A stretch of DNA of 64,000 nt from Blastocystis sp. Blastoise. Lineage: Eukaryota; Protista; Bigyra: Opalinata. The position numbers and the translations under genes were made by a program. The notes beneath the pieces were generated by a model. It saw nothing but the letters and a program-made list of their open reading frames with translations. It made no database searches and was not told the DNA's origin. The stretch lies in assembly GCA_039096225.1 (NCBI GenBank), contig JBBPEB010000011.1, forward strand, positions 434,001 to 498,000, written 5' to 3'. The number at the start of each line of letters is the position of its first letter. The stretch's first letter is position 1. Shown piece after piece: positions 48,365 to 64,000 of the stretch.

Positions 48365-50340
48365 ATGGAAAAAGTGATTAAAAAGGATGATAATGGTATA
48401 GTCAATGAGAAGAAGCGTTCTAAAAAGTTGAAAAAGAAGAAGCTGGAGAAAGAAAAGATGAATATGATGTTATCCTTTGAGACTAATGATGATTCGGAAG
48501 AACAGAATCAGATACCCATGATTAAAAAGCCAAAGAAGAGTATTCTAGCAGATGGAATGAATCATATTGAATATAAATCACATATGAATGATACCAATTT
48601 TTTTTCTACTTCAACTTTGATAACCCAAAAGAACGAAATACCTTCTGAAGATATTAGTATTGTTAAGAAGTCACCAATATTAAGTAAAATCGATGGAAAT
48701 AGCGATGAAGAAAAGCTAAAGCAACGAAAAGAGAGATTTATGAAAGAAACTCAAAAAGAAAAATCTTATCAAGAGTCTTTATTTCAAACATCTATAACAT
48801 TATATCCAAATAATACAAAGAAGGCTACTGATATAAATTCAATTGTAGGTACATGTACTATTATAGAAAAACCATTTTTAAGATTAATAACAAAACCAGA
48901 TCCTTCAAAAATACGACCTTTACCTGTATTGAAATTAGCCTTAAAACATATTATGAAAAATTGGAGAGACAATGAAAACTATGAGTATTTATAGATATTT
49001 ATAATTATTCATGTTCATTATATATTATAAACTATTTTTAATATATGTATATATATTTATTATATATAGATATGTATTAAGTCAATTAAAATCAATTAGA
49101 CAAGATTTAACAGTTCAAAATATTCAAAATAAGTATATTATAGTTGTTCTTTTTATATATTATAGTTATTCTTATTATATATTATATATTATATATTATA
49201 TATTATATATTATATATTATATATTATATATTATATATTATATATTATATATTATATATTATATATTATATATTATATATTATATATTATATATTATATA
49301 TTATATATTATATATTATATATTATATATTATATATTATATATTATATATTATATATTATATATTATATATTATATATTATATATTATATATTATATATT
49401 ATATATTATATATTATATATTATATATTATATATTATATATTATATATTATATATTATATATTATATATTATATATTATATATTATAGCTATACTTATTA
49501 TGTATAGATTCACAGTATATGTATATCAAACACACGCACGAATTGCTCTTGAAAAACAAGATTTAAAAGAATTTCAACAATGTTTAATTAGTTTACGTCA
49601 ATTATATGATCTTGGTATCCCTGGAGATACTGTTGAATTTTATTCTTATCAATTATTATTAGATTTAATTCAAGTATTCTTCATTTTATTAATAGAGTTA
49701 TTAAAAGAAATATCTAATTCTATTTTTTTAAGAATAAATATTTGATAATTTTTATTATATATAGAATAATACAATAGCTATTAATTCTTTTCTTCAACAA
49801 TATATATATCTTATTCATGAACCTTGTATTCAACACTCAATTTCTGTATATATATTAATAATAATAATAAAATTATTATTATTATTCAATAGGTTATTAA
49901 AAGTATATATACGACAAATTCAGAACAATTCTGGATTTTATATACACATTCTCCAAATATGTCCAAGTATACTTATTATACTATTTATTATACTTATTAT
50001 ACTATTTATTATTCTTATTCTTATTACATTTATTATTATTATTACATTTATTATTTATTATATATAGTTATTTAATAGATAATTTGATTCCTAAATTTAG
50101 AAGAACATTATTAAAATCAATTTTATTAACGTATTTACCAACTCTTTCTTTTGATTATATACAAGTATATATATATATAAATTTAAATAAAAAAAATATA
50201 TTCTATATATATAGTCTATTTTGGGTTTTTCTTCACGAGAAGATCTTTTTGATTATTTATCAAATTATAAATTTATCTATAATCATGATTCTGACTCTTT
50301 AGACATGAAAACAAATCGATCTTTGTATAATTCAATCTAA
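48365..50340 (+). CDS. SAC3/GANP/THP3-family protein (LENG8/Thp3-like)
   Basis: IVGTCTIIEKPFLRL..PDPSKIRPLPVLK, YVLSQLKSIRQDLTVQNI, VYQTHARIALE and EFYSY motifs; 6 introns. Confidence 0.9.
49173..49486. repeat. (TATATAT)n heptamer satellite in intron 2 of the THP3-like gene
   Basis: Perfect 7-bp periodicity over about 310 bp. Confidence 0.95.
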
Positions 50341-50886
50341 AAAGCATTAAAATAACTTTATATATTATCATTGTTTGTAAATATATATATATTTAACATA
50401 TAGATATATTTTTAAATATCTATATTAGTTTAAATAAACTATGAAACAACGAGTTTTACAATCAAGCACGAAATAATCCTTTTTAATTTTATTTATACAA
50501 ATACTACAGTTATTTAAAAATCAAATAGTCACTTTATAACAAGAAAGAAACACATTTCCCAAAAGTAATTTAAAAAAAAAAATTTATCTTCAGATTTCAA
50601 TTATATAGAGTTGAACAACATGTTCAACGAATAAATAAACAAAAAATAATAATGAAAGTGACGAAAATGAATATATAAAAAATAATATTTTATAAAAATG
50701 AAAACAACATTGTACATTCTGATTTGAATATTTCCATGATTATTCTAAAATAGTAAAGGAAAATTCATATTTAATTAAAAGAAATCCTCACCGTTTTTAT
50801 TTTCTGTCGAACTATTCTTATACTCATATTCAAATCTATATTGCTCATTCTAAATTAAATAAGCCAAAGTGTTTATAAAAATATAA

Positions 50887-57927
<7,041 letters not shown>

Positions 57928-58288
57928 TTTTTTGAATATCATTTTTTTGTTTTGTTTTCTAAATATTAACAAATTTTTTGCTTCTACTCTTTATATATAT
58001 ATATATATTTTCATTTATTTATTTTTTTTAATAACAATATATTTTTTTCTATCTTATAGTTTGTTATATATTTATATTATTTTTATTTTGTTTTTCTTCA
58101 TAAATAGATATAGTTTATAGAATACATGATTCTATCAAATAATCTATTTCAATTTCTATTATTTAAAAATTACATATTATGTATATCAATATGTTTCTAT
58201 ATTCTTTTTCTTTTTTTCTATTTTTTAATATCTATAATATATATACATTTTTGTATTTTATTTTAATTTCTATTCATACAAATGAATT

Positions 58289-58336
<48 letters not shown>

Positions 58337-58973
58337 CTTAGATAGCATTTTTTTTTCAGTATATACACTGATTTCAATTTATATTTTTTTAATAAAGTTT
58401 TTTTATATCTTATTTTTACTTTTTTTTATTCTAATTTTTGTTTTATTCATTTATACTAGATAATATATATATATACATTATTATTTCTACAAATTCATAT
58501 ACATTTTTTCTTGTAATTATAATTCACATTTTTTAAAATTATTTTATTACACATTTATTATTATTCGATTCTATTTTAAAATCAGTTTCCATAAAATCAT
58601 GATTATCTTATTAGTAATTTCATTATTTTTTTGTTTATATATATCTAATAACAAAATATATTCAAATGCACTAACGAACTGTAATATTTATAAACTTTAG
58701 ATTTTAGAATAAAATAAATTATATAAAGTAACTAAAAGAAATTTTAGATTGAAATTATATAAATAAGAATAAATAAATAATATACATACTTATTGAAACT
58801 GCACAAATAAATATATATATTATATATTATTGATATATTTAAATTTAATAAGAATCTATAAATAGAAAAAATATATTTAATTAAAATAAAAATTAATTAA
58901 CAAGAATTTATATAATGAAATTTTAAAAAAGTTATATGTATATGAATGTAAAATAATTATATATATATATAAA

Positions 58974-64000
<5,027 letters not shown>

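Overview
This is eukaryotic, extremely AT-rich genomic DNA from an intron-dense protist. A Blastocystis-like stramenopile is my best guess, inferred from the He_PIG/discoidin surface-protein family and the minor introns. I reconstructed 17 spliced protein-coding genes by hand (two cut by the window edges), with about 120 introns, mostly GTATAT...TATAG and padded with (TA)n/(TAT)n microsatellites. The genes are eIF2A, a triple-domain GILT thiol reductase, a BTB-like/TLDc protein, RTF1, a PHD-finger protein, a PHT1/PHO84-type transporter, a THEM6-like thioesterase, a long-chain acyl-CoA synthetase, two giant Ig/discoidin surface proteins, a ZZ-ZZ-U-box ligase, a Whirly-like protein, two small probably mitochondrial proteins, APC10, a SAC3/THP3 protein and an ARM-like protein. 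Most short ORFs in the supplied track are microsatellite read-through. The highlights are two U12-type introns (AT-AC and AT-AT) with very short branch-to-acceptor spacing, and five junctions where the best protein model needs non-GT-AG ends (real relaxed splicing or assembly artefact). Also notable are the GILT with two degenerate domains, the non-plant Whirly protein and a gene built from symmetric phase-1 exons. I found no rRNA, tRNA, CRISPR or transposase.
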